A DNA stretch of 64,000 bases from Zootoca vivipara (taxonomy: Eukaryota). The stretch is taken from assembly GCF_963506605.1 (NCBI RefSeq), contig NC_083278.1, positions 94,674,001-94,738,000 on the forward strand, in the 5' to 3' direction. A program made the translations under genes and the position numbers. The notes under the pieces were generated by a model. That model saw nothing but the letters and a program-made list of their open reading frames with translations, searched no databases and was not told the origin of the DNA. Numbering within the stretch: the first letter of the stretch is position 1; the number at the start of each line of letters is the position of its first letter. Shown in pieces: positions 40,411 to 53,375 of the stretch.

Positions 40411-43400
40411 CCTTCGGATTCAAGGGGGATAGCGAGCGGAGAACTTGGGAGGAAAGAGAGCGAGACGTTGGGGGGGGGTTGTGCTGGGGGAGGGAGGGAG
40501 GAGGAGGAGGAACAGGATGGGATCGGATCGGTCTCCCCCACTTGCTGCCCCCACCTCGCCGTCCCCTTTCTCCACCCCCTGGCCCCCATCGTCGCTGATG
40601 GGAAGGAGACTTTCGTCCCAAATTTGGAGGAGGGCGCATCGGACGAGCCGTCTGTGCCCGGTGCGGAGTTCAGACTTGCCGGGCGCGGAGATCAGTTACT
40701 AGACGTAACTGGCTTTGGTTGTTTAGTTTAGTTTTGGGTATATGGCTACAACATTGCGGGAAGGAACATGGAAAGGTGCGCCTGACCAAAAGGAAGGGGT
40801 GGGTGGGAGGAAATATCCACGCGCGTTTCTATAGCTAGTGGTCAGAAGATAACCGGAGTGTGTGTAGGGAGTGCAATCGGTGTAGCCCCGCACCCGACGC
40901 TAGTCCTCGGAGTCCCACGCAGGGTTGTAGGGCATTCCCACGTAAGAGTACTCAGGATTGCGGACTAATTATAATTAAACCATCCGATACCCCCCCCCCC
41001 AAAAAAGAAACTTTACGGCCACGTTAAGATTTCAAGTTGGTGGGGCTTTCTTCGCCCTTTGAGCAACTCTGTGGTAGGTGGACAGCCCGATCCAAAAACA
41101 GCTAAGGCGAAATCGTTAAAAGTAAAGCTTTCCTTCGACTGCCAGGCAGTACTTCGGTTTAGCTGGTGGTGGGTTGGACTGTATGTCATTGCTTAGGCAT
41201 GGGGAGAGAGGGGGGGGTGGCATTGGATAAGCTGCACTGAACGAAGCCAAGGTGCCCTCATTCCATCCATTCCAGGCAATCACGGTTGTCAATGGCCAGG
41301 AAATGGTTCTCGGTCTTTGACAAACTCTTAAAACTATAGAAGTAGGGGCATCAAAAAGGTCAGTTTTAAGAAGTAGGGGCATCAAAAAGGTCAGTATATA
41401 TAAACTCACTCTCTCTCACACACACACGCACGCACGCACGCACACACACACACACACACAGCCCTTTAGATCTAGACAAAATATCATTGTCAGCAGCCTA
41501 TGCAGGGTGTAAAAACTCAGAAGGCGCAAGTGACTGACTTAAAACAATTGGACAACCCCCCTCCCCCCCCTTTGCAAACCTCTTCAAAGCCTTCAATACG
41601 AATTCATTTTCTCCTGAATTAAAGAAGTTCGGCGATGTTTCTCCCGCTCCCAGGAGTGATACAACAAAATAAGTGGAAAGGGAAGTCGCGTTGGAGCCTT
41701 GAAGTAAACCAGGCGCTTCATCCTAACTAACCTGTCTTGTATCTATACAATCTTCTGTTTTTTTGTGAAGAGGCTCCTTAGCGGAGACACACAACAAAAA
41801 ACGTTCACCCAAAGTTCGGATCAGCCTCACTGTATCCATGATGTGTAGGTCATTAACTCAAGAGCCTTAAATTAAATCCTGCTTTAAGTCACTGGAAGGT
41901 GGGGTGGGGTGGAGACCACTAACTCTTTCCAATAACTCTGGAACACAATCCGATCACAGAGATAGTTTGAAAACTCCTATCGGTAGTTCAGATTTACGAT
42001 CGGTATGTCCACCTCGAACTCAAACCACACTTTTCTTGATAGTTTGTCCAACTCATTCCGCTCCCTCTTCGAAAGGTTGCCTTATTGTTGTTGGTACTAC
42101 TATTAATACTAAATGTATGTCTATTCCTGGTACCACAAGGAAAGCAAAAAATACTTTATTGGGATTTTTTATTATTTTAAAAATCAGAGCAGGCAAGTTA
42201 AACCGCTTTGAGAAAGGACGGCGCGCTGCTTATCCTATTCGCGGGAAAAATAAAATAAAATCCCACCCCTGCCTTTCTTTCGGACAGGTATCTGTGCAAA
42301 ATATTTTAAAAACATAATTTTAAAATCCTAACCTTATCTGCATTAGTTACGGCACCCGGGGGAAAAAAACCTCATGCCGATGCACAGGTAATCTTTTTTA
42401 AAAACACGAACACAGAGAACACGCAGGAATCTGGCGCGCCCACAGATCCGAGTCTGCTTGAATGGATCGCAGCGTGCGAGGGTTTTGGCGCTCTCTTTCT
42501 GGTCGCTTTCTAACTTTTAATTCTGGGATTTCTTTAGGGCGCATTAGGTTTATTCTGCATATATGCTGTCTCGTGCACGTGCAACATTCCCTTCTCCATC
42601 CCTTCCTCTCTTTCCATCTCCAGAAAAGCTAGCAAACTGCTGTAGATAAGAGACGGGCGCCCAAAGAAAACAGCGGGGGAACAATTAAAAACAACAGCAG
42701 CAGCAGCCCCAAAACTTATCAGAAACTCGAATCTGAGAACACATTTTTTTTAAAGCAATAAACAAGGAGAGAACACGAGCGAAGCAAAAATGACAGAGAG
42801 CAACTGCGTGACGGGGGAAGAAGGGAGAGATTGTGGTGTTATACATCTCTCGCTTGGGAAAACTGTGGAGCCGGGTTAGGGGGGGGTGCAATTGTCGTTC
42901 TTCAGGGGGGGCTGACTGGGTCGTGGCCCCATCGCCCGGGGCCCCCTGCACTTTACTTCGGGAAATTTGGGGGCGGGGGTGAGCGAGAAAGAAAAACTCT
43001 CCCATAGAAACGGTCCACGCCCCCTTCCTTCCTTCCTCCTGCGGGCTTCTGGGTTGTAGTCCACTGGGGGGGGGCGGAGAGGCTATCATTTTGCGGCCCT
43101 TCATCCAGAGGGCGAACCCCCCTCTTTCCCCAAGATTTATCACAGCAACCTCGATCTGGGACTCAGGGGTTGCAGCTGGAGTGAAACCCGGAAAGTGCCC
43201 CCCCCAAAAAAAAGAAGGGGGAAAAAGCCCTTTGCATCTACTTGTTCAAATCTCTCTCTCTCTCTCCTTCTCCCTGGAGAAAAACTCCTGAATATCTGAT
43301 GCGACTCTCCCATCTGTTTCCTAATCTGTTAGGTGAGGCAGAAGAGTCAGGAGGCGAGGGGGAGAAAACCCGCTCGGTTGCGGAAGGAGAAGCAAGGCGC

Positions 43401-46400
43401 CTTTTGCTTTTCTTTTTTTTTTCCAGCGAGGCGTCTCCCGCGCGCCCCTCCTGTCTCCTTATCTTCTGCAGAAAAGAGGAAACTACCGTTTTTAGTGCCT
43501 CTTGGAGAGCCTGTCATAACCATAAAACTGCAGTGGGAAAAACAGGCCAGAGTCCTTGAACTCCAAGCAGCCAGTTCTTCTCAGGGCAACTTCTGCTTCT
43601 CCACTTTAAATAATTAAATAAATAAAATAAAAATTCCCTTACCTTTGGCTCCCGAGTTCTTCTTACTGGACTTGTGGCTCCAGGTAATGGAGACCCCATG
43701 AGCGCCTCGCCGGTTTTATAACTTGCGACGGCTTCGAGGTGCTCCCTTTGTCTCCCCTCGTCACCCCCACCCCCGATTGTTGTTGTTTTTTAAAAAAATT
43801 TAAAAAGATATCCTATTTGTAAAACAACATAAAAGTCAGCGCCAACTCCCGCGGCTGCTTGATGGCCTTTGTGTCAAACTGAGAAGCGATCAGTCCTGGT
43901 TTAACGCGCAGCCTGTCAGGAGTTTATTTTCCTTTCCCCCTCTTCCCCCCCCCACTCCGCCTCAAACTCGACGGTTGCCCCACCGAGGACCGTCTCGGGG
44001 CATCCCTCGCCCCCTCGGCGGAATTATGGAGACCACGCGGCGAAGCGATGCAAAAGCGGCAGCTGCGAGGAGGAATTCCCTGACGGGAACCCGGCTGCTT
44101 TGCTGTGACCCCTCTGAAGTGCGCTGTTTGTTTAACCGACGGCTCCAGTCTAAACAGAAATAAAACGAGCCCTTTCCCCGAGCCAAGTTCGGCTCCTCCG
44201 CGCTGCGCGCCGCGCACCAAAAGTTCGCGCTGCTTCTCCTGGGACCCCCCCACCCCCACCGCAAAACTCCTGTCGTTTTCCCCACCGAATAAAACCACAA
44301 TAACGTACAATAGCCGGTAAATAAGTTACCCACGCGCGCACACTTAAAAAACAGCAACATAAATCCGTGCAAATTCTCCACTTGTCTTCCGGACGCAGTT
44401 GGACCACTTCTCATTCCTATGGGACAAAATTGCAACATTTCTACTTCTGTAGCAATTGTTCCTTTCTAAACAACAGGGGGAGAGATATTCCCCCCCCCCA
44501 CAATCATCGTTCTGGGCATTATCTGGTCCCACTCCCCAGTGATAATTATCCCATGATCCTTTCAACAAGCTTAAGTTTATTACTATCCCCCATTTTACAG
44601 ATGGGGAAAACTGAGAAAGAATAGGTTGCCCAAGGTCATGCTGGAGTGACCAGCTCTCCTGCTCAGTCCCATGGCAGGGGATGATTGCTTGACATTCATC
44701 AGGTGCAGCTTTTTCTATCTTTGCTAGGAAATTCTTTACTTTGGGCTGGATTTGTTGGTTGTGTAGTTTTTAAAGGCACAGGAGCTGTGCTGGGTGGGGC
44801 GAGGAAGGAGGGTGGGTCAAGGGATAAATGGCAAAGAACATCCTTGGTTGAAGTGCAGTTTGAACCTAGGTCTTGTCCCCATGCCACACATTGCCCTTTG
44901 GGTGGGGCCGTGTATGTGGAAGGAGAAGAATGTTTTTTGAGCATGACAATGCAACAGCAATCCACAATTGACTGGTACCCGAGATATCGCCAGTACTGGC
45001 TTCGCCTCAGGCAACCAAACTTTCCAAAAATCAAGACATTAACAGATGGTGGCAACCACATGGAGAGATGATGTTGCTTAGAGAGAATCTAGTCATTTCA
45101 CTCAAGCCGATAAAGAGTGAATCGCAGAAGGACACCGTGTATTCTGAAGAGTTCTGCTCTTGGCCCATCCTTATCCATCTCCCTTCTGCTCCTGTTTCAT
45201 CAGCTTCGTGATCTTTTTCTTTTTGGAAAAATTCAAATATTTTTTTTTGGGGGGGGGGAGCTTCCTGAGAGGGATGATGGCCCACCAAGTGTTTGTGTGG
45301 CATTAAGGATGCTCAATGATCTCGGATTATTTTACTAAAAGAAAAGGTCTATCTACATACAGAAAAAGCAATGCCTTTTATTAAAAGAAAAAAATGGATC
45401 TTCTGTGGAAAAGGCCAGTAAATTAATAGATACTGTCTATTTCTAATAATATTGCCTGGGAACTGGGACAGAAGTCCTGCATCCTAAGGAAAATTAAAAA
45501 ACAAAACCCACCTCTCAAATCTACGATTTGCAAACTTTTGCATGCAATGTAATTTGTTAAAAACACTTGAACCTGACCTGCATCTGGTTCATTATTCCAT
45601 CTGACTGGTGGTGGAAACAGTTCTGCTACAACCCTGAAATTGATCGTGAACCTCAGAGCTCATATCTGGAAAAGCTTTTGGGATTGGAATAATAAAGCCG
45701 ATCTTGATTTCTCTATTGAAATTATTTCTCATGTTTCCTTATCACCTGGAATAAGGAAGAATAAAAAAGACTTCCTAAAAGGAAAACTACCTGTAGTAAC
45801 TTTAAATGATGCTTACCTGGGAAGTTGTTAAAAGTTCACAATTTTACTGTACTGTATATGAAAGGCACTAAGCTGACTAGATATTGGTACTGCCTAGCAG
45901 GCTAACGAATGATCTAGTAGAGCTATGCCAGAATTTTACCTGTAAACCAATTTTGCTGCTGTGATTTCCCCAAAGAATCCAAGGAACTAGATTTTTGTAA
46001 AGGTGCAAAGAAATTTCTCATTTGGATTGCTGAGCTAACCCCTTTTCAGAATTACGGTTTGCCTTGAGCCTTTTGGTAGGTGCAGAAAGAATGACTACCG
46101 GTATTATACCAATTTAAGGCTTTGCTCTGGATATACAGCTTAGGGAGAACATTGCAAATAGCTTGCTCTCTGTTGGTACCTGAGACCAGCTTTCGCTTTC
46201 TAATGTTCTGTGAATGAATTACTTCAGTTTTCTTTTCTGCCTAGTGAAGAGTCCCATGCGGACAAACTTGGGAAACAGGGATGGGAAACACCCACCCACC
46301 CACACCCCGCCCCAGCTTGAGGGCTGCATTCCTTTTGTGTGGCATGGGGGTAGTCACACACCATTTGTACTCTCAAAGAGGGGTTGGTGAGAGAGTGATG

Positions 46401-46954
46401 TGGTCTGGGGAGAGCAGGTGTGGCTGGGGAGGCAGTGCAGGTTGAGGAGAGAAGCATGGGGGTAATCTTTGGCCCTTTGACCTTTCTATGGCAATTATAA
46501 GGAACATAGGAAGCTTCCACGTGTCAAGTCAGACTGGCCATCTAGTAAATACCTGGAGACAGCTATCCAGGGTCTCAGACAGTGGTCCTTCACATCCTCT
46601 GGTACCCTAATTCTTTTAACTGGAGATGCTAAAGATTGAGCCTACCTTCTGTAGGGGGGGGATGTGCTCTAGCATAGAGTTCCCTAAAATCTACTAGACA
46701 TGATGACTATGTCCTGCCTCTACTGTCAGAGGCCCTATGCCTCTGAATGAATACCCATTGCTGGAAATCACATGGGCTGAGTGCTGTTGCGCTCATGTCC
46801 AGCTTGTGGTCTTCCCACAGGCATCTGACTGGCCACTGTGAGAACAGAAGGCTGAACAAGATGGGCCATTGGCCTAATCCAGCATTGCTTGTCTTGTGTT
46901 CCTGTGTATGGTCCCTATAGGAGAATGGGCACATCTGGGAATTGAACCAAAAGG

Positions 46955-47108
46955 AGAACAACTGGATAGTTCAGTTGGTTGGAGCATAGTGCTGAGAATA
47001 CCAAGATTGCAGGGTCAATCCCCATATGGGACAGCTGCATATTCCTGCATTGCAGGCGGTTGGACTAGATGATCCTCAGGGTAACCTTCCAACTCTACGA
47101 TTCTATGA
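46955..47108 (+). mobile_element. tRNA-derived SINE with a CR1-type tail (Squam2-like)
   Basis: Head TAGTTCAGTTGGTTGGAGCA...CAGGGTCAATCCCC; tail GGTTGGACTAGATGATCCTCAGG...CCTTCCAACTCTACGATTCTATG. Confidence 0.75.
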
Positions 47109-47298
47109 ACTAACAAGTCTAAAACAGGAAAAACTTTGAAACAGGGAGGGCTGCAATGTTTTAGCTTTGCTTGATTGATGAGATGTTCCCATCTACCACT
47201 GATGAACAGTCTGGACCAAGTCTAAAGTCAACAAACCCCAAGAAGGAAGAGCAGGGGTCTTGAGATTCTTATTCTTTTATTACCAGTATTATTTAAAA

Positions 47299-47936
47299 CA
47301 GTGTTTCTCAACCTTTTTTGGGCCACAGCACACTTGTTCCGTGAAAAAAATCACGAGGCACACCACCATTAAAAAAGTTTAAAAAATTAACTCTGTGCCG
47401 CCCTATATTATAATTATGACTGTAAGAAACACTTGCCAAATATTGCTTTCCGGCGGGTCAGCGCTGCCGAGTTCTTAAAAGATCCGGGTTTCTGATCCAC
47501 CCCAACCGACCCCGCCGTCCCGTATCTTACCCTGTGCGTGTTCTCGGACTTGTGAGAGGACGATTTGGTCTTCATGCCTCCGTGAATTAGCAACAAACTA
47601 CCTTTTGAATGATGGAGATTGAATATTTTAAAAGTAGCTACTTGAAGTCCGCTCGATTTTCCAAAAAAGAGACACACGTGCGGCACTATTAGCTGCTGGG
47701 AGCTGCCATCTTGGCTAAAGGATTCTGGGATATTCCTGTCACATGAGGCATGGGGAAAATGGAAATAATGAAAGCTGATTGGTCTGTGGAAACTAGAAGG
47801 TGCGAAGAAATAGGACGCCCAGGGAGGTGGAGTTTGCAGCTGCAAAATTGCCCTTCTCGTCGGTGCACGTCGCGGCACACCAGCCAGCGTCTCACGGCAC
47901 ACTAGTGTGCCGCGGAACAGCGGTTGAAAAACGCTG
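47299..47936. mobile_element. Non-autonomous hAT (Charlie-like) DNA transposon carrying captured host DNA
   Basis: TIRs CAGTGTTTCTCAACC / GGTTGAAAAACGCTG; perfect 8-bp TSD ATTTAAAA (47291-47298, 47937-47944); subterminal GGCACAC motifs. Confidence 0.9.
47531..47575 (-). pseudogene. UTP20: Captured first coding exon resembling UTP20 (MKTKSSSHKSENTHR), followed by a splice donor
   Basis: ATG at 47575 in a GGAGGCATGA context, 15 codons, then AGG|GTAAGA. Matches 11/15 residues of the human UTP20 N-terminus as I recall it (MKTKPVSHKTENTYR). Lies inside the hAT element. Confidence 0.72.
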
Positions 47937-50034
47937 ATTTAAAAAGCTTGTATACTGCTCTTTAGGACAATCACCTCGGAACACATGCTTGTCAAAATGG
48001 CCAAAACACCAATAAAGCAATAAGAACCAGTTACAAGAAATAAGAACCAGTTACAAGAAAACCCAGAATGATAACCCCTATAAGTTGGCTTCTCAAATAT
48101 GACTTGAAATTGCCCATCTGCAGATAGCACTGGACAGCAGGCTGAAAAGACACACAAGTCACCTGGACACACTCTTCCCATTATGGTGAACTGCACTGAA
48201 TTTGTACTGAAATGGTAAGTTATTTCTAACTGTGCACCTCTGCATATACGTCCGCATATGCAAATTGAATATAAATTGGCATCCTCTTCTGATCTCTGTT
48301 TTGCCTATTTATTTCGGGGGGGGGGATGTGCTAGTGGCCACCCTATGCTTGTCCCCTTCCCCTACATTTGAAAAGAAGAATGTCAATCTTCCCTCAACAG
48401 ACTTCTTGATCTTCCATTCTACTTTCTGATTATCTCGTGTATCAAAGAAGTGTGAACTATGTCAAAGAAGAAGAAGAGGAGGGGAGGGAGGGAGGAAGAA
48501 TAAATTGTACAGGTCGGTTCTTTTGCTGGTGCCTCCAGGAAGTAAATCTAGGATTTCACAAATAGACCATTACTGTGATCCTCAATATGAGCCCAAGGAA
48601 CTTAAATATGGGGTGCAATTGACCTGTGACCCAAACATCTTTTACTGGTATACCTTCTCCCTGCCTTAAAGAAGCTCTCTGTGAAGATATTTCCAGTGTG
48701 ATTTGTGCCATATTAATAACATAAGTAGCAGGACTCAGCTTCTTGATCGGATTTAATCCCACACACTTCTCTCTCCCTCCACCCGCTGACCCTGATTTTT
48801 CTGAGGGTGGAGGAGAGACCTGATTTTCTAATAGAATCGGAGGGGATCTGCTTTGTCTGCTGTAGCAAGGCAGCACGACACAATCTGAAGGCTGTCATTC
48901 ATAGAAAGTTAGATTCTCTGGAGAAATGTAATGGTTATGGCTATTGACTGGCACTCTGTTGTGCATCATTTCGCCAAGTGTTCTGTTCTCTTCATCATGT
49001 TAGATAGAGGCAAATATGGTATTGCTGAATATTCTGTGGTGGCAGATGTTCTTTCCCAGAAGCCATTATTGAAATTCCTCTTTACAACAGATTTAAACTT
49101 GGGTCTGGTGGACTCTGTCTCTCTATCTCTCTATTGTCATTTCCAGATATTGATCTCTCTGCACAAAGTTTGTGCGGAGGTTAGACGACACTAGCTTTTT
49201 AGTGACTATTCATTCAGATTTGTTTCAGGCGAGGTTATACAACGTTGTTATCAATCAATTGTTATCTTACACTTTACAGTGCATTTCCCTGCTACATTTC
49301 TTATGGAAAAAGTCTGATTTTGGGGCGGGGTTGTTGGGCAAGAGTGCCAAATGAACTTCAACCGAACGGCCTGGAATTGCAGGTATGTTATTGAAGTCCA
49401 CCCCAAACTAGCAATGGTCTGAAAGCTGTATCTACTTGTCTGTCTCTCTAGGCTTTCCCCAAGCTAGCCATGATTCAGTTGAGAGATTGCCTTCTAAAAT
49501 AAAGTATTTAAAGCAAGGCTGTGCTGTATTGAATCCCACATTACTTCTTGAAAAGAATTGCAGCAGGTACAGTACATATGCAGTTGTCTGCCACACACTG
49601 AATTTCCCTGCCAATTGGGTTTCACATTGTATAGAAAGATGCTGTTTAGGAATGGCAAGCTGCCAGCTCATTGAATAAATGATTTTAAAATAACTTTGTG
49701 CAATGGGCAACTACTGAACAGCATGCTAGGATACCTGGGCAAGGTTTTCAAGTCCTGAAGCCACTGTTGGTGTCCAACCTTTTTAAAAGTAAAGGTTTAA
49801 ACAAGGTAAGTTTGTTTAGAGTGTCATCCAGAGATTCCAGAATGGGTTCAGCCTGCAAGTGTCATATTTCTTTCTTCTAGAGTAGTATCAGTAACTTCAA
49901 TAAAATTACTTGAGGGTAAGTCATTTGAGGGGGGCTTTGGCATAACTCTCTCGAGTTCCGTAGAAGAAATAATCCAATTCTTAGTAAATTTTCCAAAGTT
50001 CTGGGGGAACCAACATAGTACTAAGACTTTAGAT

Positions 50035-50170
50035 CAGGCATCCCCAAACTGCGGCCCTCCAGATGTTTTGGCCTACAACTCCCATGATCCCTAGCTAACA
50101 GGACCAGTGGTCAGGGATGATGGGAATTGTAGCCCAAAACATCTGGAGGGCTGAAGTTTGGGGATCCCTG
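50035..50170. mobile_element. ~136-bp palindromic hAT MITE (ACTACAA.TCCCAT family)
   Basis: TIRs CAGGCATCCCCAAACT / AGTTTGGGGATCCCTG; perfect TSD CTTTAGAT. Confidence 0.9.
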
Positions 50171-50351
50171 CTTTAGATTGTGTAAATTAAACACACACAC
50201 ATACAGTTAAGCAGTTCCTGTCTCTCATTACAATGAAGCACCTTTCACTTTCTATTACAGTATTTATTTAGAAAAAAAATGTTTGCCACCCTTCAGCTAA
50301 AACTCTCGGGGCTGCTTACATATAAAATTAATAAAATACACCAGAAATAAC

Positions 50352-50407
<56 letters not shown>

Positions 50408-52074
50408 TTAATATTTCCTGCTCAGGCACCCAAAACTACCACCTTTTCTAAATTGAGCTTCAGGTTATTGGCCTTTATACAGTCCATTACTCATCAGAAC
50501 TTCTTCTTTCTGACTCGAATATGAGGAAATTGAGAACTGGGCATCATCAGTGTACTAATGGCAACTCACCCCAAGTCTCTGAATAATCTCACCCAGCAGT
50601 TTCATGAAGATGTTTGAAAAGCATGGGAGATAAGATGGAACCCCGGGGACCTCATAACCTAAAACCCACCTGGAAGTACTTCTTAGTGTGTGTTGGAACT
50701 GGTAGGGAAGAAGACCGGGAGGCCAACACTAGGTGGAGCTGGAGCAAAGAACACCCAGTCAACGACAGGCAAAGTTGACTAAATCAAGTTCTTCCCCCAT
50801 TACCTTATCCTTCATAGGAGGACAAGTTAGGAGACAAAATGTGCAGGGTGTTTTCAACCCAATTATTTTGTGAGAAATCAAATACCTATATAAATTTAAT
50901 ATAACAACCAACAACTAACAACAACAACAACAACACTTGTGGGTGGGTCAGAGCCAATTTTGATTGCAAAAACAGACCAAAGGGAAAATGTTAAGCTCCC
51001 CACCTCTTTTCCTCTTTGGGCCTCTTTGGTTTTTATGGCACCATAGGGTGATGGATTTGCAGCTGTGATTTGATGTTACGGCTCAAACCTGTCCAGTTTC
51101 TTGACTTCACAGGCTGAATCAGGAGTAAACACAGGCGCCGGTATATCCGGAAAGTGCCACACTGCACGGTCACTGCAGCACAATGTGGTGTCACTCAACA
51201 GACTCCAACTTTCCGGACTGTCACTCTTTTAGCCTATGGTGGCTTCTGAAGCAGGCCTCATTTTGTAGATACGCATGCATGCATGTGTGCACAAACACAT
51301 ATGCACACACAAGCACATATGCAGAGGCAGGCCCACCCCCAGGCATAGACCCGCCCCTTCTCAGCTGATCTATGCAGATCAACAGAGGAGAGGCTTATCA
51401 CACCCTCTCTGCTCAGCAAATGAGCAATCTGATGACCAAGAAGCAAGTGGACTGCTCTACGTATATGTAATTTTATTTAAATTTTTGCCATTGCTACCAA
51501 AATTGGTTGACTCATGGGGAGGGGTGCAGAAAAAATGCTTAGGGGGAACTGGATCAGGCCTCTCTGAACTGAGTGTTCGCCATCCTGTTTGTAAGTTTTC
51601 TGAAGCAAAATCCAGGGCACTTTATTTATTTGTTTGTTTTAAGAATGAGAGGCCTATTTCTGCAAATAGACAGGAACATGAGCTTATTCCAGATTCGTTG
51701 TCCCCTGAAGCTTGTGTTAAAACAGGTGGGAAATGGTATATCATAACAGTCTAATGAATAATTATGTTGCTCAGGTTGATGCTATTTATTATCATTAACA
51801 CAAATGCTTCTCTGCCGAAGGTATGGGGGAGAAATTTGATCCAGTTCGCATTTAAAGGCGAACTGACCTAATTCGCACATTATGAGACACCGTGCAAACG
51901 AAAACACAGCTGCCCTTTGAAATTCATATTCCTCTGAATTCTGCAAGTCAGTTCTCCAGCCAAGTCATGTGTACAGAAATACATACAGTTGGGTAAAATG
52001 TGCATATAAACACATATGTTCATGAAAAGAGCATGCAGACACGGATTATATCAGACAAAATTGCATACCATGCA

Positions 52075-52186
52075 ATTTTGCATGTTTAGGGAATCTTTTA
52101 ATATTTGATGAATTATTGTATTTTAACATTTTGGTGGAAGCCACCCAGAGTAGCTGGGGAAACCCAGCCAGATGGGCGGGGTATAA

Positions 52187-52229
<43 letters not shown>
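52075..52229 (+). mobile_element. L2-type LINE 3' end with a (TTA)n tail; relatives at ~780-905(-) and ~3709-3750(-)
   Basis: GGAAGCCACCCAGAGTAGCTGGGGAAACCCAGCCAGATGGGCGGGGTATAAA followed by (TTA)n. Confidence 0.65.
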
Positions 52230-52315
52230 GCCAAAATGTGTATGATAAATTTGTGCTAAAATGCTAATGAATTTTCACGGGCATCTCAATTCCCCACCTC
52301 TACCCCTCAAACTAA

Positions 52316-52664
52316 AGGGACCCAGGTGGCGCTGTGGTTAAACCACTGAGCCTAGGGCTTGCTAATCAGAAGGTCGGCGGTTCGAATCTCTGTGACGGGG
52401 TGAGCTCCCGTTGCTTGGTCCCAGCTCCTGCCAACCTAGCAGTTCGAAAGCAAGTCAAAATACAAGTAGATAAATAGGAACTGCTACAGCGGGAAGGTAA
52501 ACGGCGTTTCCATGTGCTGCTCTGGTTTGCCAGAAGCGGCTTTGTCATGCTGGCCACATGACCTGGAAGCTGTACGCCGGCTCCCTCGGCCAATAATGCG
52601 AGATGAGCGCGCAACCCCAGAGTCGGTCACGACTGGACCTAATGGTCAGGGGTCCCTTTACCTT
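52316..52664 (+). mobile_element. Sauria (Squam1) SINE, full length
   Basis: tRNA-like head (GGTGGCGCTGTGG...GGTTCGAATC), (ACCTTT)n tail, 15-bp TSD TACCCCTCAAACTAA (52301-52315, 52665-52679). Confidence 0.93.
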
Positions 52665-53375
52665 TACCCCTCAAACTAATGTGGGGAACTGAATTTAACA
52701 TTAGAAAATGAGAAACTGAAAAAAAGCAAAATTGTCAGAATCACCCAGCCTTACCCTGGGGTTTGGATCCTTGCAAAATAGACCACTGCAATGCTAAAGG
52801 ACAATTGCAGCCATGGAATCAAAGAGAAGTTTCGTCTCAAAACACCTACTCAGACTGCATAGAGATGACATGTTTTGTCTCCTCTTATTGCTTGGAGTGC
52901 TAACAGGGGCTGAGGTATGAGGGTGCCGAAGTGTATGTGGAAGCTTGAGCAGCTGAGAGACACTTGAATTCCTTCCTTGTGGGGCTGCTACCCCTGCTCA
53001 GCCGCCCAGCCTTTCAAGGAGACTCTGGAGAAGCTTTGAAATCACCGTGCTTTTGCAATGGACTGGGAGCGACCTCTCTGCAGCAATGTCGCCACCCCAC
53101 CCCCCACCACTGCAATGTCTGAGCACAGAAGAGGTAGCCTGGACAGGGCCATCACAGAGAACCGGTGAGATATAATGGAAGCCTGCCTGTCACTTAGAAA
53201 GGAGGCCTCTTGAATCGAATGCTATCCTGCATCTGGCCTTGTTTCTCATTGGAGGGAAAGAGAGGGGAAGCAGGCAAAAGGGAGCGAGAGGCAATGTGTT
53301 AGCGAAATGGCTGTCTTCTTCTGCGATGGCAATAGGCATTGGTTTGAGCATATAACGCCAAGCTTGGTCCCACCA

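Larger units (their letters stand above)
37750..44420. promoter_or_regulatory. CpG-rich promoter domain spanning the 5' end of intron 1, exon 1 and the upstream region
   Basis: Dense CG dinucleotides (e.g. 37850-38950, 39950-41000, 42200-44400) against CpG-depleted flanks; estimated by eye. Confidence 0.8.

Noticed and set aside
37683-44438. Many 60-175 aa ORFs on both strands around the promoter
   Set aside because: Low-complexity, overlapping, with no recognisable domain; expected in GC-rich CpG-island DNA.
50035-50170. miRNA precursor hairpins
   Set aside because: The hairpins are explained by MITE palindromes with TSDs; there is no expression evidence.
52316-52400. tRNA gene (A/B boxes; also near 46960 and 55930)
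   Set aside because: These are SINE heads continuing into SINE bodies and tails.
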